Origin: Curvularia clavata | Taxonomy: Eukaryota | Direction of reading: 5' to 3' | Assembly (NCBI GenBank): GCA_023920165.1 | Contig: CP089274.1 | Coordinates: 1,178,001 to 1,242,000 of the forward strand | Length of the DNA stretch: 64,000 nt | Part shown: piece after piece, positions 1 to 13,606 of the stretch | Layout of the letters: every line of letters starts with the position of its first letter | How positions within the stretch are numbered: the stretch's first letter is position 1 | Position numbers and translations under genes: made by a program | Notes under the pieces: model-generated | Database searches by the model: none | The model's input: the letters and a program-made list of their open reading frames with translations, nothing else | Told to the model about the DNA's origin: nothing

Positions 1-2556
1 AACGACATTGTGGAAAAACTTTGCAGCAATGTCCGTCACTGCATCCAGAGCTGAGGGCTGGAACTCCTCGAAGCCAGCGTGATAGAAAATCTTGCCGACG
101 CTCCGCTGGAGAGCAGCGCGGCAGACATATGGAGCCATGATGGGGCCATCCTCAGAAGTGACCATGGGCTCGATGTCTGCTTCCATGAAAGGCTGCGGCT
201 CGTACCTTTGAAATTGATTTTGGTAGAGCTATGAACAGTTAGCGGTCGACAAATCCCTTCTTCGAAAACAACAGCTTACCTGCGACTGAAGTTGCATTTG
301 TTTGACAATACCAATCTTGGCACAAATTTTTCTTGTCTCTTGCAGAGTATGGTTGTTGCTGTTGAATTTTTGCACAAGTGCACTGTCTGGAGAGACGAAT
401 TGGCCCTTTGGTAGGATCCGCATGTACTCTTCGACTTGCGGAATCACTTGGCCCTCTGCGTCTTCAACCCATTGCAGGCGTTCGGAAAGGTCAGGCACAG
501 CGCAGACAGGGTCATAGTAATCTGGAATCTGACGCTCATCTTCGCCTTCGATGCCTTCAGCCAGTGACTCTCCAGCTAATGTCTGGACACCATCTTTGCC
601 GTCAGGCGCGGCGGCTGCTCCGTTAGCAGACTCTTCTTCGATAGCTTGCTTTTTGTGTCGTAACCATCTCCGCATACCAGCTTTAGTACGTAAGATAGCG
701 GGCTCTTCGGGCTGGAGATGGTCATCCCGGAATAGTCGATGTCTCTCTGATGCTATGATGGCTCGGTCTTTCTTTGTTACTTGCTTCCATGTTTTATATT
801 CCAAATCATCCAAATCGGCATCTTCGTCCAGAGCATCACTGATCGAGACGCCAGTGCCATCAGCCTCTGAAATGTCTGCTTGGCTGCCGTTTATGCCCAT
901 TTTTGAGACACTGTGTGGTCCCAATGGAGTTAATGAACCAGGCGGAGGTGTTGAGAAACCATTCACACTGCCTTCCATTTCCGAGTCTGTCCGTAGGAAT
1001 TCGTTCTTCAGATTGGAGACTGCATTGTTGAGAGATGGCACCGGTGGTTTCGTCTCAGGCCCTGGAGTGCTCTCCAGACCTGCTGGATGAGACTTTCTTG
1101 TTGTGCTTGAACCTTTGCCTCCTTTGCTTGGGGCTTTTCTGCCTCGTGAAGCCATGATAGGCTCTTCATCTTCACTGTCGTCAGCACCATCTGCATCAGC
1201 ATCGCCATTACGCATTCTCCTCTCTTCGGCCTCAACCTCGGCACGATCGCGGACTGTGATGTCGGGAATGAGCGGCACAAGCTTCTCTGTCTCCTTCTTC
1301 ATATGCAGAGCCTTCTTCCGTAGAAAGTGGCTTGGGTCTGCGTTGTATTTCAAGCAGTTCGACCAGATGAGCATGAGGTCGTCGACGAACTCCTTTTTTG
1401 ATTTGTATTGCAGCTGCTTGAGCTTCTTCATCATCGTGCCGATGTCCATAGGGTGCTTGATGACGTTGTAGTAGTCGGGCGCTTCTCGCTTATTGACACG
1501 CTGAAGGAATGGATGGGCATGCTCATTAGCCTTGAGTTCCATGAGAACCTTTTCTGTGCTCTCGTATAGCTCCTCCTGGCCGACACGGTCTTCGTTTGCC
1601 CATTTGCTCCTGTTCTTACGGACTTCGCTGATAAGACTTCGTAGTTGTGCGTCCGTCGCATGAACACGATCTCTTTGGGCGTCAATGCGCGAGATGAGGT
1701 GCTTGAGGGTGAGACTAGACGCGCCAAGGTTGGTGGTACTCAAGGTGCCTTGCTGGGGAGTGGTAGCGGCAGCGGCAGCTGGAGCATTAGCAGACGCACC
1801 AGAAGTCTCTGCTTCTACCTGGCGGTCAAGCTCGTCAAGCTTCTGTTGCTCCAGCATCGCGTCCCGGTCGCTCTCCAATGTGTAGAAGAGGGTATGGAAG
1901 CTCCGCTTTGCGGCATCTTCGGCGGCCTTCTTATCCTGCTGCAGCTTCTTTCGCACATCGTCTGATGACTTTATGTGGTCGGAGGAAGGCGTGCCTACCC
2001 GGTCAGGCCCTGATTTGTTCGATGTGGATGGGACGCGGAGGAGGCTTGGCGTGGTGGGAGTGGCGGCGGCAGCGGCAGCAGCAGTACCATTGGTCGCGCT
2101 TTTCGATTGTAGTGGTGAGGTTTGGGTGTCGTCTTCATCATCTTCATCGTCGTCGTCACCGTAGTCGTCTTCGTCAATTGCGCGAGTGGGCTTCTTGGGC
2201 GTGATGGCCGGGCGCGCGTCATGCGCCGCCGGCACATCATCGGATGACGGCCCCAGCGCATTCTCTAGAGCATCAACAGCATCGTCTTCATAGGTTCCTC
2301 CAAGTACTGCTGCCAGACGCGCTTCGGTGCGCAAGTATTGCTCCCGCCAACGCGTCGCTCGGGGATCCTCCTCAGCAGTGATGTCTCCCCCGTCCCCTAT
2401 GTGGTTCGCGTTGGAGGCGTTGGACATGGCCTCATCGTTCAGCGTCGCATTGGGGGTGCGCAAACGGGTCGCGTTGGGCGGCTGATGTGGGAAGCGGGCA
2501 TGGCTTGGGCGGTCTCGCGAAGATGGCGGACATGATGATGATGCAGCGAGGGACAT
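1..2556 (-). CDS. SPT7: SAGA complex bromodomain subunit Spt7 (3' part runs off the window start)
   Basis: ORF 229..2604 contains a bromodomain ([30 protein letters not shown]...WSNCLKYNA). Likely start is MSLAASS at 2556. Intron 229-279 (GTAAGC..GCTAAC..TAG) joins an exon reading [14 protein letters not shown]...[24 protein letters not shown], which is Spt7 histone-fold-like. Confidence 0.93.
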
Positions 2557-3525
2557 AGTCGTCGTCGTCGGTTGTGGGGGGGTCTTGGCAGTTCGCGGCC
2601 TCACGGGGATGGCCCGCCTTCAGGGAGACGTCCAACCTGGTGCAGGTGTCGCGACGCGATAAAATCAAGCATGGAAGGAAGGTCTACGTCGAGCGAGTGG
2701 ATTTCCGATGGCTGCGAGATGGAAGACGTGGTGTGGGCGCGCCTATTGATGGCCGAAGATGCGGCTTGAGAGTTTGGCGTCGTTGTCTTAAGCAGGTGGT
2801 CCAACTGTCCAGTCTGGCTAGGTAGGCACGCCTTAGCTCCGTTAGCGATGCTCCCGCAGCGAGCCCCATGCTTCACCCGCGCTCCAATATCAAACCGCCT
2901 CTGGCCCTGCGTTTTCTCCACAACGATGCTCGCTGGCGCCGGAATGGTCTGCTGTGCATACTGCATGCCTTTGGTTCGTCCGTTGTTCCCTTTTCGCAGC
3001 TGTCAAAAATCGTAGGGCTTGTTGGGCTGCACTAGCATCCACGGCGCAACCATGGTAATTGAATGTCTACAATGCCAGACTTGATCAAACTCCCACTGCA
3101 ATTCCCAGTATAGAGCTGCTGGCCACACTGGTCATCGATTTGTGAAGGGCCAACTAGGTGGCGGTGCAGACAAGGCGTGGTTATGCGGACAGATTCAGGA
3201 ACGGTGGCGTATCGACCTGTCAGGTGAGCGCCCCCTGCAACACCAGAACTATTCGAGGGCATCCAGCTAGGCCCATGCATGTGCTTTCAGATTGAGACCA
3301 GACAAAAATACCCCAGGTTTGCTGATTTTCACAGGTTCCACACGTGATCGACAGTGACATTTCCGTATGTGGACTAGCCTATCCGCTCACTGCCAGTTGC
3401 GTGAGATGCCAGCTTGTAGCCAGGAACGCTGCAGTTCCGCGCCGGCCCTCAGTCTGACAGCGGCTCCTATACCTGGAGCATGAAACCACACGTTCGGCGC
3501 CTATAACACGTTTCGACAGCTCACC

Positions 3526-4376
3526 ATGCGGATACGCAAGCCCTTTGCTGGTACGTACCCTCTAGCATCACAGAGTCAGCGAGCTCCAACACCTTTCTAT
3601 GAGCAGCATCTATGCGCGAGCAGTAGGTGGTAATGCCTCGCCTGTTCCGCGGTGCATTGTGCCCGCTTAGACTCTTCCCCAGCTACTGTGCTACAACGTG
3701 CTGACAGCCCAAAGGTGCCTTTATTGCCCTCGTCTTCATCAGCGCAGCCGCCGGCTTTTCCCCACCAGACTACAAAATCCCCTCGTACAAGCAGTCGGAT
3801 AAAGCACTCCACTTCACGGCCTTTTTCCTGCTCACCTTATGCTTTTACTGGATCCTTGAGACAAGTAGGAGGAAGGTGGTGCAACTGACCTTTACCGTCT
3901 GCACTCTCGGTCTTGGACTGGCCAGTGAAGTCATCCAAGGCTTGTTGCCTGTACGTTCATCTTGTGTTCACTCAAGATTACCCGAGCCGCCGAGAGCGAC
4001 CGTGTCAAGACAGTCAAGTAGACAGATGCGGACAAAGTTAACTCGCACTTAGATACATCGCGACTTCGATTATTACGACATCGTCGCCAACGTACTCGGC
4101 TCTCTGCTCGCACTTGGCCTATGTAATTGGTACCATAAGCGCATGCTCGAGCGCAAGCGAGCAGCACGGGGATACACTGCAGTCGCTGGAGACGAAGAGA
4201 GAGATATTGAGCTAGGGGAAACTGTGGATGGACAGGAGTCGGGCGTTATTAGGCCTACAGTAGAAGAAGAACTCGATCGATGGGATGAGAATGCCGAAGA
4301 CTGGGAAACAACAGAGCCTGAGCCTGCCAGCGGGAGAAAGAGCCAGGACGACGACGGAAAGAAGCGGAACGACTGA
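3526..4376 (+). CDS. VanZ-like family membrane protein
   Basis: Assembled by hand with introns 3551-3714 and ~3951-4052: MRIRKPFAGAFIALVFISAAAGF...SDKALHFTAFFLL...ASEVIQGLLP/IHRDFDYYDIVANVLG. The DK-x-x-H, E-x-x-Q and D-x-x-AN-x-x-G motifs are typical of VanZ-like proteins. Confidence 0.85.
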
Positions 4377-4857
4377 GATGGACATTGATACAATGCATGT
4401 GCATTTCACCACGCCAGTCTGTGGGAAGACGAAATCCCCCCAAGCGCTGCAGCTAGTGATACCCACCATGTACACGAGGGTGGTATGTTGTAGGCTTGAC
4501 GTCAAGTTGTTTTGCCCACACTGCATAAGATGGCAGCGCCTTTTTAGTGATTGGATCCCTAGAGAGCCGCGCATCATCGGCTGATACTGGTACGCCACGT
4601 CTGCCCCTAGCTAAACACATATACATCACCAGAGCAGATGAGGAAATTGGTGCAAGTCGACTTGGATATTCGTTTACAAGTTCATAGCTAGCTCTCGGTG
4701 CTCAAGCAGGCATTTCCGAGCGAGCCGCAACCATGATTCGTCATTTGGCCTGCCCTATCTTCCGTGGATTCATGCATTTTCCAGTATGACACTCCGAAAG
4801 AACCATAAGACCCACACCAAGCGCCGTGATCAATTCCTTTCCATACCCGCGCCCCGC

Positions 4858-5379
4858 TTAAGCAGTAGTGGTCTTAGCAGCAGCCTGGTTGGGGTTGATC
4901 TTCTTTCCGTCCTTGTTGTACCTAACACGTGGAGGAGGGGCACGGTTGCGGCGGCCTTCGCGCGAACGGACACTGTGGGCATATTAGAAGACGGCCTCAT
5001 CAATCGCTCTGGGCCGGTGTGACGTACCGGACAATCTTGCCGTGGATGGCGCATGAGACGCAGTACTGAAGCTTCAAGTACATCTTGGGGACAGTGTACT
5101 CGGGGAAGACGGAGGCATCAGAGATATCACCTGGTCTTGTCAGTCTTCTGGCAACCAAAATTCACAGCCCGCCACCTCGATATTCACAGCCGCTCGGTGT
5201 GGTACAGGGGTGCGCTTGGAAGACGTACGGATGGCAGCAGACTCGACCATGTTGCGGATGGTGAATCTCTTGATCGCCTTGTCCTTGGGGGTGCATCGCG
5301 AGCAGTTGGAGCAACGGATGGGCTTGACGTGGCCGCGACCCTTCTTGTTACGGCCGTTGGACGCTCGCTTCTTGACCAT
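4858..5379 (-). CDS. RPS26: 40S ribosomal protein S26 (eS26)
   Basis: [39 protein letters not shown]...; introns 5131-5228 and ~4973-5027; C-terminus ...[28 protein letters not shown]...TTA*. Confidence 0.98.
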
Positions 5380-6432
5380 GTTGGGCTGATTCTGTCGGAC
5401 AATGTGAGCGGATGTCTTGGTGAGCGAGAGAGGGCGGAGTGCGTACTGAAGATGTAGAATCTAAAAGTCAGCAGTGGGGTGTTGTCGTGAGAGTCGTTCC
5501 TGACGTCGGATTCGTGAAGTCGGGACCACGAATGTTCGAAATTCGCGTAGCGAGGTGCGGATCTAATCTTATCACTTGGCGAGCTGATGGCGCTAGCCGC
5601 ATACAGCCGTCACGCCTTTTCTTGCATACGTACTGAGCATCGCCGAATCACTGCAGAAAGTGGGGAAAACGAGTTTGTTAAATTTCCCTGATGCGTGCTG
5701 CAATTCGACATTCCTCATCTATTTTTACCTTCTGGGTTTGGCGTCGGATTACATTGTCGCTGACATGTGATGGTTGGAAGTGCAATGTATTTGACGTGGT
5801 ATAAATGTACTTGAACAAAAGTGCACATAAATATGTATGTACATAGATACTGCCACTTTACCAACCAAAGCTGAAGTACAGCTGCACTCGATCTTAGAGA
5901 TTGTTGCATGCAAAGATTGCTTGACGGATCAGGCTAAAAGACAGGGTGGGAGACAGCCTTGGTATCTTCCCTAATGCCACCAACAAGACCGAAGCGTTGC
6001 AATCCACTGACAGCAGTGTGCGTGTAGTATGAGTCAATGCATAGCATTAAATTTTCACATTCCATCTGCCCTTTCGCCAACTGGCAGCTTGTAAAGGGGC
6101 AAGGCTGCTTCAGAGCGTAGACAGCCTCACATGTAGCTGGATTGAGAACCAAGGCACATGACTTGAGACGAACTGGCCGTGAAATCTTGCTTCATTTGTG
6201 GCGAATTCCTGTTCACGCACGAGACATGACACGTCAGGTGGTGCGGCATCTGCGAGCGTGGTGAGTGGCGGTCTGGGCTAGGCGCTTGTTCCCTTGCGGA
6301 TGTTTTCGTCTAGTAGCTGTACCCTGGCAACCACTTCGACCTCCGTCAAGGCCGTCGGAATCCTTCTTACTGGCCCCTCTCCCGCAACCAGGCAAAATCA
6401 ACTTTCCAGGTCAAAAAGCACAGGACATCGCC

Positions 6433-8576
6433 ATGTCGCACACCGGTGGCATGCGGGGGACACCCAAACCCTCAAACCGCAACCAGCCCCAGCACCTCGG
6501 CCACAGCCCTTCGGCCATCCCGCGCCCCTCTGGTTTGGAGAACCATTCGCATGTCACCCAGAGCGATGCGGGCTCTTCGCTCAGCGCCAGCCGGGCCAAG
6601 ATGTCCAAGAGAGACGACGTGAGAGGTCCTGCTGCATGTGTGCGACTGCATACTGATGTTGCGACAGGCCATTCGACGAAAGATCGAGACGGACCTCAAT
6701 AAGAAGAAGAATATTAGCGGACGAGTTCGCCCCTCGAAGAAAGCCCCGCCTGGCACTGTCCTGGCCCTGAAGCCGTCTCCGGCGCTCCAAATAAAGCCTT
6801 CTACCACAGTCGCCGAGGCAGCCCAGTTGATGGCAGCCAAGCGAGAGGACTGTGTCTTGGTAACCGACGATGATGACCGTATTGCGGGTATCTTCACTGC
6901 CAAGGATCTTGCTTTCCGTGTGGTTGGCAACGGCATCAAGGCTCGCGATGTCACCATCGAAGAGATTATGACCAAGAACCCTCTCTGCGCAAAGACGGAT
7001 ACAAGTGCAACAGATGCGCTGGATCTCATGGTCAGGAAGGGCTTCCGCCATCTTCCCGTCATGGACGAGAACCACGACATCTCTGGTATCCTGGATATCA
7101 CAAAGTGCTTCTACGATGCCATGGAGAAACTGGAGCGAGCGTATGCGTCCTCTCGCAAACTGTACGATGCTCTTGAGGGCGTGCAGGCGGAAATGGGCTC
7201 CAGCCAACCGCAGCAGATTATTCAGTATGTCGAAGCAATTCGCCAGAAGATGTCTGGACCTACCCTCGAGTCTGTCTTGACGGGTCTTCCTCCCACAACT
7301 GTATCTGTGCGTACTTCGGTCAAGGAAGCGGCCGCGCTCATGAAGGAGAACCACACGACTGCTGTCTTGGTGCAGGACAATGGGTCCATCACTGGTATCT
7401 TCACCAGCAAAGATGTCGTCCTGCGTGTTATTGCTGCGGGGCTTGATCCAATGACCTGCAGTGTCGTGCGTGTCATGACTCCACACCCCGACTTCGCACC
7501 AGTGGACATGAGCATCCAATCTGCTCTGCGCAAGATGCATGGTAAGTGGATCATGGCGATCCTTTGCTGTACGTGCCCACTAACACCATGTAGATGGCCA
7601 CTACCTCAATCTGCCAGTTATGAGCGAGGCGGGCGAGATTGTCGGTATGGTCGACGTTCTCAAGCTGACTTATGCCACGCTTGACCAGGTATGCCAGGCT
7701 CAAACTGATTGTGCTCTTGATACTAACTAGCCTAAGATCAACAACATCAGCACCACGGATAGTGAGGGTCCTGCATGGAACAAGTTCTGGTTGTCGCTTG
7801 ACAACGAGACTGAGTCGGTCATGTCTGGCGATGGAAGCCGACACCCTGACCACCGCTCATACGTCTCGCACCATGACCGTCCTGGTCTTATGGACCGCGG
7901 TGATAGTGTCATGCCAAATGAATCTGCCTCCCACCACGGAGAGGACTCGCCGCCTCCATCCCATGTCGCTAGCATTCCTCCAGCCCACATGGAAGACATG
8001 CCTTTCCCCTTTAAGTTCAAGGCTCCGAGTGGCCGTGTCCACCGCCTGCAAGTAGTCATTTCTGCAGGTATTGAGGAGCTCATCAACAACGTGGCCAACA
8101 AGCTCGGCGGTGAAGTTGAAGCTCTAGGGGGTGTACCGAGCTTTGAGGGAGGCAAGATCTCCCGAGAAGGCTTTGCCCTCAGCTACCTTGACAACGAAGG
8201 CGACACCATTTCCATCACGACCAACGACGATCTTGTAGAGGCCGTCAGCCTGTCACGCATGGCGCACCGCGAAAAGGTGGACCTCTTCGTCCACCACCCT
8301 GACAAGCCTCCACTGTCCGCTGAGGTCAATCCCCAGCCAGGACTTGCAAAGCCCATGACGCCGCCCGAGTCTACGCTCCGTGAGCGCAAGCAGTTCTTTG
8401 ACGATGATGCCGAGGAGAAGCCTAGATCAAGGGGCCGACACCAGTCCATTCCTCTCTCGCAGCAACCCGAGATTATTGCTGGTGTTCCTAACGACCTTCT
8501 CCTGCCTGGCGCTATCGGCGTCCTCGCTGTCGTTATTGTCGGTGTCTTTGTGCTTGGCCGTGCTTCCAGCCGGTAA
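6433..8576 (+). CDS. CBS-pair x2 + PB1 domain protein with C-terminal membrane anchor (Mug70/CBSCBSPB-like)
   Basis: Repeated CBS motifs (GIFTAKDLAFRVV, GFRHLPVMD, GIFTSKDVVLRVI), PB1 motifs (FKFKAPSGRVHR...LSYLDNEGDTISIT) and a hydrophobic tail (GAIGVLAVVIVGVFVL). Introns 6619-6667, 7542-7593 and 7689-7736. Confidence 0.9.
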
Positions 8577-9204
8577 AAGCATTGGTAGTAAGGCCTAGGT
8601 AGTGGGAAAGCACATGGGGGTGGGGGGTTGACTGAACCCGCGAGAGGGTATTTTTTCATTTGTTAGAGTTTGATATCCCATAGATTCCTGGGTAATTGAT
8701 AGCAATGTGGTAGCTGAATCGAATAAGCATGGCCTACCCAACTAAACATGCAGCCTCGTGTCGGGAACAGCAGTGCGTGGCGGGCAAGGGTGGTGAAAGC
8801 CGGTGTAGTGCCTCCAGCCAGCCAATGACGAGGCGGGGCAGGCATGTCTCCTACACGCATCCTTGCTGTGGTTGGAGAACAATTTTTGGACAAGGCGCGG
8901 ACTCGCGAGCAGCCCCGCCAAAACATTGCAGTGAAATTTCCACGGCAACCTTGAAGCTGCACACAACCCAAAGCCTCACCGACTCTGTCGCCAAACGCCT
9001 TTTTTTCTGCAAACACTGCACTCCGGCGTCTTGCATCCATCCACGGCAGCAGGAGCGCGGCTCTAACCACGTCACGCGCGCTCCGCAAGCACTCCCGGGT
9101 CAACCCACCACCACTCCCGTCTTGGTAGGCCCTTGCCTGTGAACAAGACGACACGCACCGGGGCTGCTCCCCACAAAGACAACCCCTCCATCTCTACACC
9201 AAAC

Positions 9205-12200
9205 ATGTCTGTCCTCCCCGCCGAGGTCCACACGGCGCTGGCCACCCTGCTGCAGGGCCTCCAGTCGCCCGACAACGTCCAGCGCACGGCAGCAGAGCAG
9301 CAGCTCAACGACGAATGGGTTGCCCAGAGGCCCGAGGTGCTCTTGATGGGCCTTTCAGAGCAGATCGAGCTCGCACAAGACACTTCGGTAAGACTCCGCC
9401 TTTGTTGTGGCGCCTGCATCCTAGGCTGACGGAGATCCCATAGACACGAACCTTTGCCGCTGTCATCTTCAGGCGACAGTCGTCCAAGCCTCGCAAGGCA
9501 CCTTCAGGCCAAACCGCCGACCTGTTCCTGACTCTCAATCCCGCCGAGCGAGAAGCCATACGCGCCAAGCTGCTCCAATGCCTGGCCAACGAGACCGACA
9601 CATCGGTGCGGACAAAGGTTGGAGATGCGGTGGCAGAGCTCGCCCGTCAGCACACCGACGAAGGTAGGAGGAGCCGATTAATGCTTTGCGGACAATTCTA
9701 AAGAAAAATCATCTAGGCGTCGCATGGCCGGAACTCCTGGGTGCTTTGTTCCAGGCAAGCCAGTCGCAAGACCCCGCACAACGCGAGAATGCTTTCAGGA
9801 TATTCTCAACCACCCCGCAAATCATCGAGAAGCAGCATGAGGACGTGGTCATGACCGCCTTCAAGGGCGGATTTGCCGACAGCGAGTCTTCCGTAAGTGC
9901 CTTTACATGTATTGTGCGCTCACCGACTTACATGCACAGGTTCGCATTGCTTCTGTTGAGGCCTTCGCCTCCTTCTTCCGCTCTATCACCAAGAAGGCGC
10001 AGTCCAAGTACTACTCACTCATAGGCGAGATTCTCAACATTCTGCCACCGATTAAAGATTCTGGCGATGCGGATCTACTCACAAAGGCCCTTATCTCTCT
10101 CATCGATCTTGCCGAGGTCGCGCCAAAAATGTTCAAGCCTCTGTTCAACAGCCTTGTGCAGTTTAGCATCTCAGTAATCCAGGACAAGGATCTTGGAGAA
10201 ACAGCTCGTCAGAATGCTCTGGAGCTCATGGCTACATTTGCCGACAATGCACCAGTCATGTGCAAGAAGGATCCCAACTTCACAAACGACATGGTCACTC
10301 AATGTCTGTCTTTGATGACTGATGTTGGTGCTGATGATGACGATGCGGAGGAGTGGAATATTTCCGAAGACGTGAGTTGATCGATCTAGAAAACCGTACC
10401 TTGCTAACATGTATCAAGTTGGACGAAGAGAGCGACTCAAATCATGTTGCTGGAGAGCAATGCATGGACCGCCTGGCCAACAAGCTTGGTGGACAAGCTA
10501 TCCTGCCCCCGACTTTCAACTGGCTCCCCCGCATGATGACCTCGTCAGCTTGGCGCGACAGGCATGCCGCTCTTATGGCAATCTCTGCCATTTCTGAGGG
10601 CTGCCGCGAGCTGATGGTCGGAGAGCTTGACAAGGTCCTCGATCTCGTACTTCCCGCGCTTCGAGACCCCCACCCGCGTGTCCGATGGGCCGCCTGTAAT
10701 GCTGTCGGCCAGATGTCCACTGATTTTGCAGGAACCATGCAGGAGAAGTACCACCAGGTCGTCTTGCCAAACATTATCCCTGTCCTGGAGTCTGCGGAAC
10801 CGCGCGTACAGGCACACGCCGCTGCCGCTCTAGTCAACTTTTGCGAGGAGGCCGAGAAGCACATCCTGGAGCCATACTTGGACCAGCTGCTCAACCATCT
10901 GTTGATGCTGCTGCAAAGCCCCAAGCGTTTTGTCCAGGAGCAGGCCTTGTCCACTATTGCTACCGTTGCCGATTCAGCAGAGGCTGCCTTTTCCAAGTAC
11001 TACGATACTCTTATGCCTCTCCTATTCAACGTCCTTCAAGAGGAGCAGTCAAAGGAATACCGTCTGCTGCGAGCAAAGGCTATGGAATGTGCAACCCTCA
11101 TTGCGCTTGCTGTTGGTAAGGACCGTATGGGCCAGGATGCGCTCAACCTGGTTCAGCTTCTTGGACGTATTCAGAACAGCGTCTCCGAGCCTGACGACCC
11201 ACAAGCTTCGTACCTGCTTCACTGCTGGGGACGCATGTGCCGTGTGCTTGGTCGTGAATTTGTGCCTTTCCTCGCTGGTGTCATCCCGCCACTCACCGAA
11301 CTTGCAGGTGCCAAGGCTGATATCCAGCTGCTTGACGACGAAGAGCAGGTCGCCCAGATCCAAGACGAGGAAGGCTGGGAACTTGTACCACTCAAGGGCA
11401 AGGTTATTGGCATCAAGACAAGTATTCTGGATGACAAGCACATGGCTATTGAGCTCATTGTCATCTATGCTCAGGTTCTGGAAGATGCTTTCGAGCCATA
11501 TGTCAACGACATTATGGAGAAGATTGCCCTGCCTGGTCTGGCCTTCTTCTTCCACGACCCCGTGCGAGTAGCCTCAGCCAAGTGCGTTCCCACCTTGCTG
11601 AATGCATACAAGAAGGCTCACGGCCCTGAGTCGCCACAGCTGGGAGATCTCTGGAAGCGCACAGTGGAGCGTGTGCTCGAAGTCTTGAGCACAGAGCCTG
11701 CCATTGACACTCTTGCCGAGATGTACCAGTGTTTCTACGAATGCCTTGAGTGCATTGGCCGGAACTGCCTGACCGATGCTCACATGAACACTTTCATCGA
11801 GTCTGCTAAGGGCGTACTTGAGGATTATAATGTTCGTGTCAAGGAACGTCTGGAAGAGCAAGCCGAGAATGAAGACGGCGAGGAAGCGTCCGAGGAAATT
11901 CTTTTCGCCATTGAGGACGACCAAAACCTTCTTTCCGACATGAACAAGGCATTCCACAGCATCTTCAAGACCATGGGCACCGCGTTCCTCCCACATTGGG
12001 CTACGTTGATCGAATACTATAGCATGGCAGCCGTCAACCAGGACCCTACCCAGCGCCAATGGGCTATCTGCATCTACGACGATGTGCTCGAGTTCTGCGG
12101 CCCAGAGTCATGGCAGTACAAGGACCAGATTATGCAGCCTCTGATTGATGGCATGCAGGATGACGTCCCTGCCAACCGTCAAGCCGCAGTGTATGGTGTG

Positions 12201-12751
12201 GGTGTCGCGGCGCACAAGGGTGGCGAGAACTGGTCCGAGTTCGTCGCTGCCTCGCTGCCGACACTCTTCAATGTCACCCAGCGTCCAAATGCCCGCACCG
12301 ACGATGACATCTTCGCAACTGAGAATGCTTCTGCTGCAATTGCCAAGATCCTGCACTACAACGCGAGCAAGGTGCAGAACTGGGACAACGTTGCGGCTGC
12401 CTGGATAGACACGCTCCCAATCACCAACGATGAGGAAGCTGCACCATACGCATACGCCTTTTTGGTACAGCTGATCGAACAGTAAGTACAAGCAATACAT
12501 GGATTGTAGATGTGTATGAGAGGTATACTGACCAAGCCTGCAGGCAAAACCAAGCTGTCTTCTCTCAGCCTGCCCAGATCTTCAACTATGTCGTTCACGC
12601 ACTCGAGGCCGAGACTCTGCAAGGACAGACGGCGAACCGCATTGTCGCTTCGGTCAAGGCGCTCATTCAAGCCACCAGTACCGACCTGGGTCAGGCGGCG
12701 GCATCTTTGACGCCGGATCAGCAGCGTACAGCTCAGGCTTACTTTAGCTAA
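9205..12751 (+). CDS. PSE1: Importin beta-3 / karyopherin Kap121 (importin-5 family)
   Basis: MSVLPAEVH...SPDNVQRTAAEQQL start; HEAT-repeat motifs (WRDRHAALMAISAISEGC, HPRVRWAACNAVGQMSTDF, LLRAKAMECATLIALAVGK). Five canonical introns start near 9388, 9664, 9893, 10372 and 12482. Confidence 0.95.
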
Positions 12752-13389
12752 AAAAGAAAAGAAAAGACGGGCAAGGGGTGGTGATTTGAAGTTTTGACTA
12801 TATGGCACGACGTCGACGAAGCACATGTGACATGTGCATGAATGACATGGCGTTTGGCTGGGTCATGATGGTATGAGTTGATGGAACATGCAAGAAGGAG
12901 AAGACGAAGAAAAAAAAATAGTAGTACTGGTCGTATTGGGATGCCGATGATATAGAGATTATCCTTTTTTTTTCACTTGTTTTGTTAGGGAAGAGGAGGT
13001 CAAAGTGCCGGTTCTTGGTTAGGATAGGTTAGGGTACAGGTTATGTTCACAGATTCCCCCATGTCTTGAGCTGTTCAACAACAGATTCTGTGATGGCTTC
13101 CTCTTTTCTGTCCGAAGCTTCACATGGTCATTGATTTGCGTCGTCTCGGGTGGAAGGTGAGAGACGAGAAAGGGAACTCTACTTTTTGATGCCCTTGCAA
13201 ATTCAAGTCTAATCATCCTACTCTATTTTTCTTTAAATATATCACTAATCAATTTGATGCCTTTATGAATAATCTTCACATGTGTCTTGTATGTACATAA
13301 AATCAGTATGCGACATGGATATTGGCATCGAATGACCATCTTGGACGGAGCAAAGGGCAACCAATAAGCGGGATGGCGATTATGCTGGA

Positions 13390-13492
13390 CCTCGGCATCT
13401 TCCCCAGACAGTGGGTTCTGGCGCGCGACGAGCTCCACCTTGGAACACGGAGACAAGGGGACGCGGGGCCGCCTTTAGCTTGTAGACCGAGG
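13390..13492. promoter_or_regulatory. Two FarA/FarB-type (CCGAGG/CCTCGG) fatty-acid induction motifs upstream of the acyl-CoA dehydrogenase
   Basis: CCTCGG at 13390-13395 and CCGAGG at 13487-13492, within ~220 bp of ATG 13607. The motif is known from Aspergillus nidulans FarA/FarB targets. Confidence 0.55.
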
Positions 13493-13606
13493 CTTTTCCC
13501 CTAGAAATCAAGACGTCCGCCGCTTTCCTGTTCTTTAGTACTTATTCTCCTTTTGTTATTGTTTTTTTTTGGTCAGATACCTACGTACTGTACGTCTATT
13601 GTCAAG

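Noticed and set aside
3551..3714. Longer-than-usual first intron of the VanZ-like gene as a snoRNA host or stwintron
   Set aside because: No C/D or H/ACA boxes and no nested splice signals that I could support.
6472..7540. Long antisense ORFs inside the CBS, PSE1, ACAD, CWH43 and LACTB2 genes
   Set aside because: Expected shadow ORFs from codon bias in GC-rich coding DNA.
13018..13040. GGTTAGGATAGGTTAGGGTA telomere-like or template-like bases
   Set aside because: Only one full TTAGGG in a short intergenic region, with no supporting structure.
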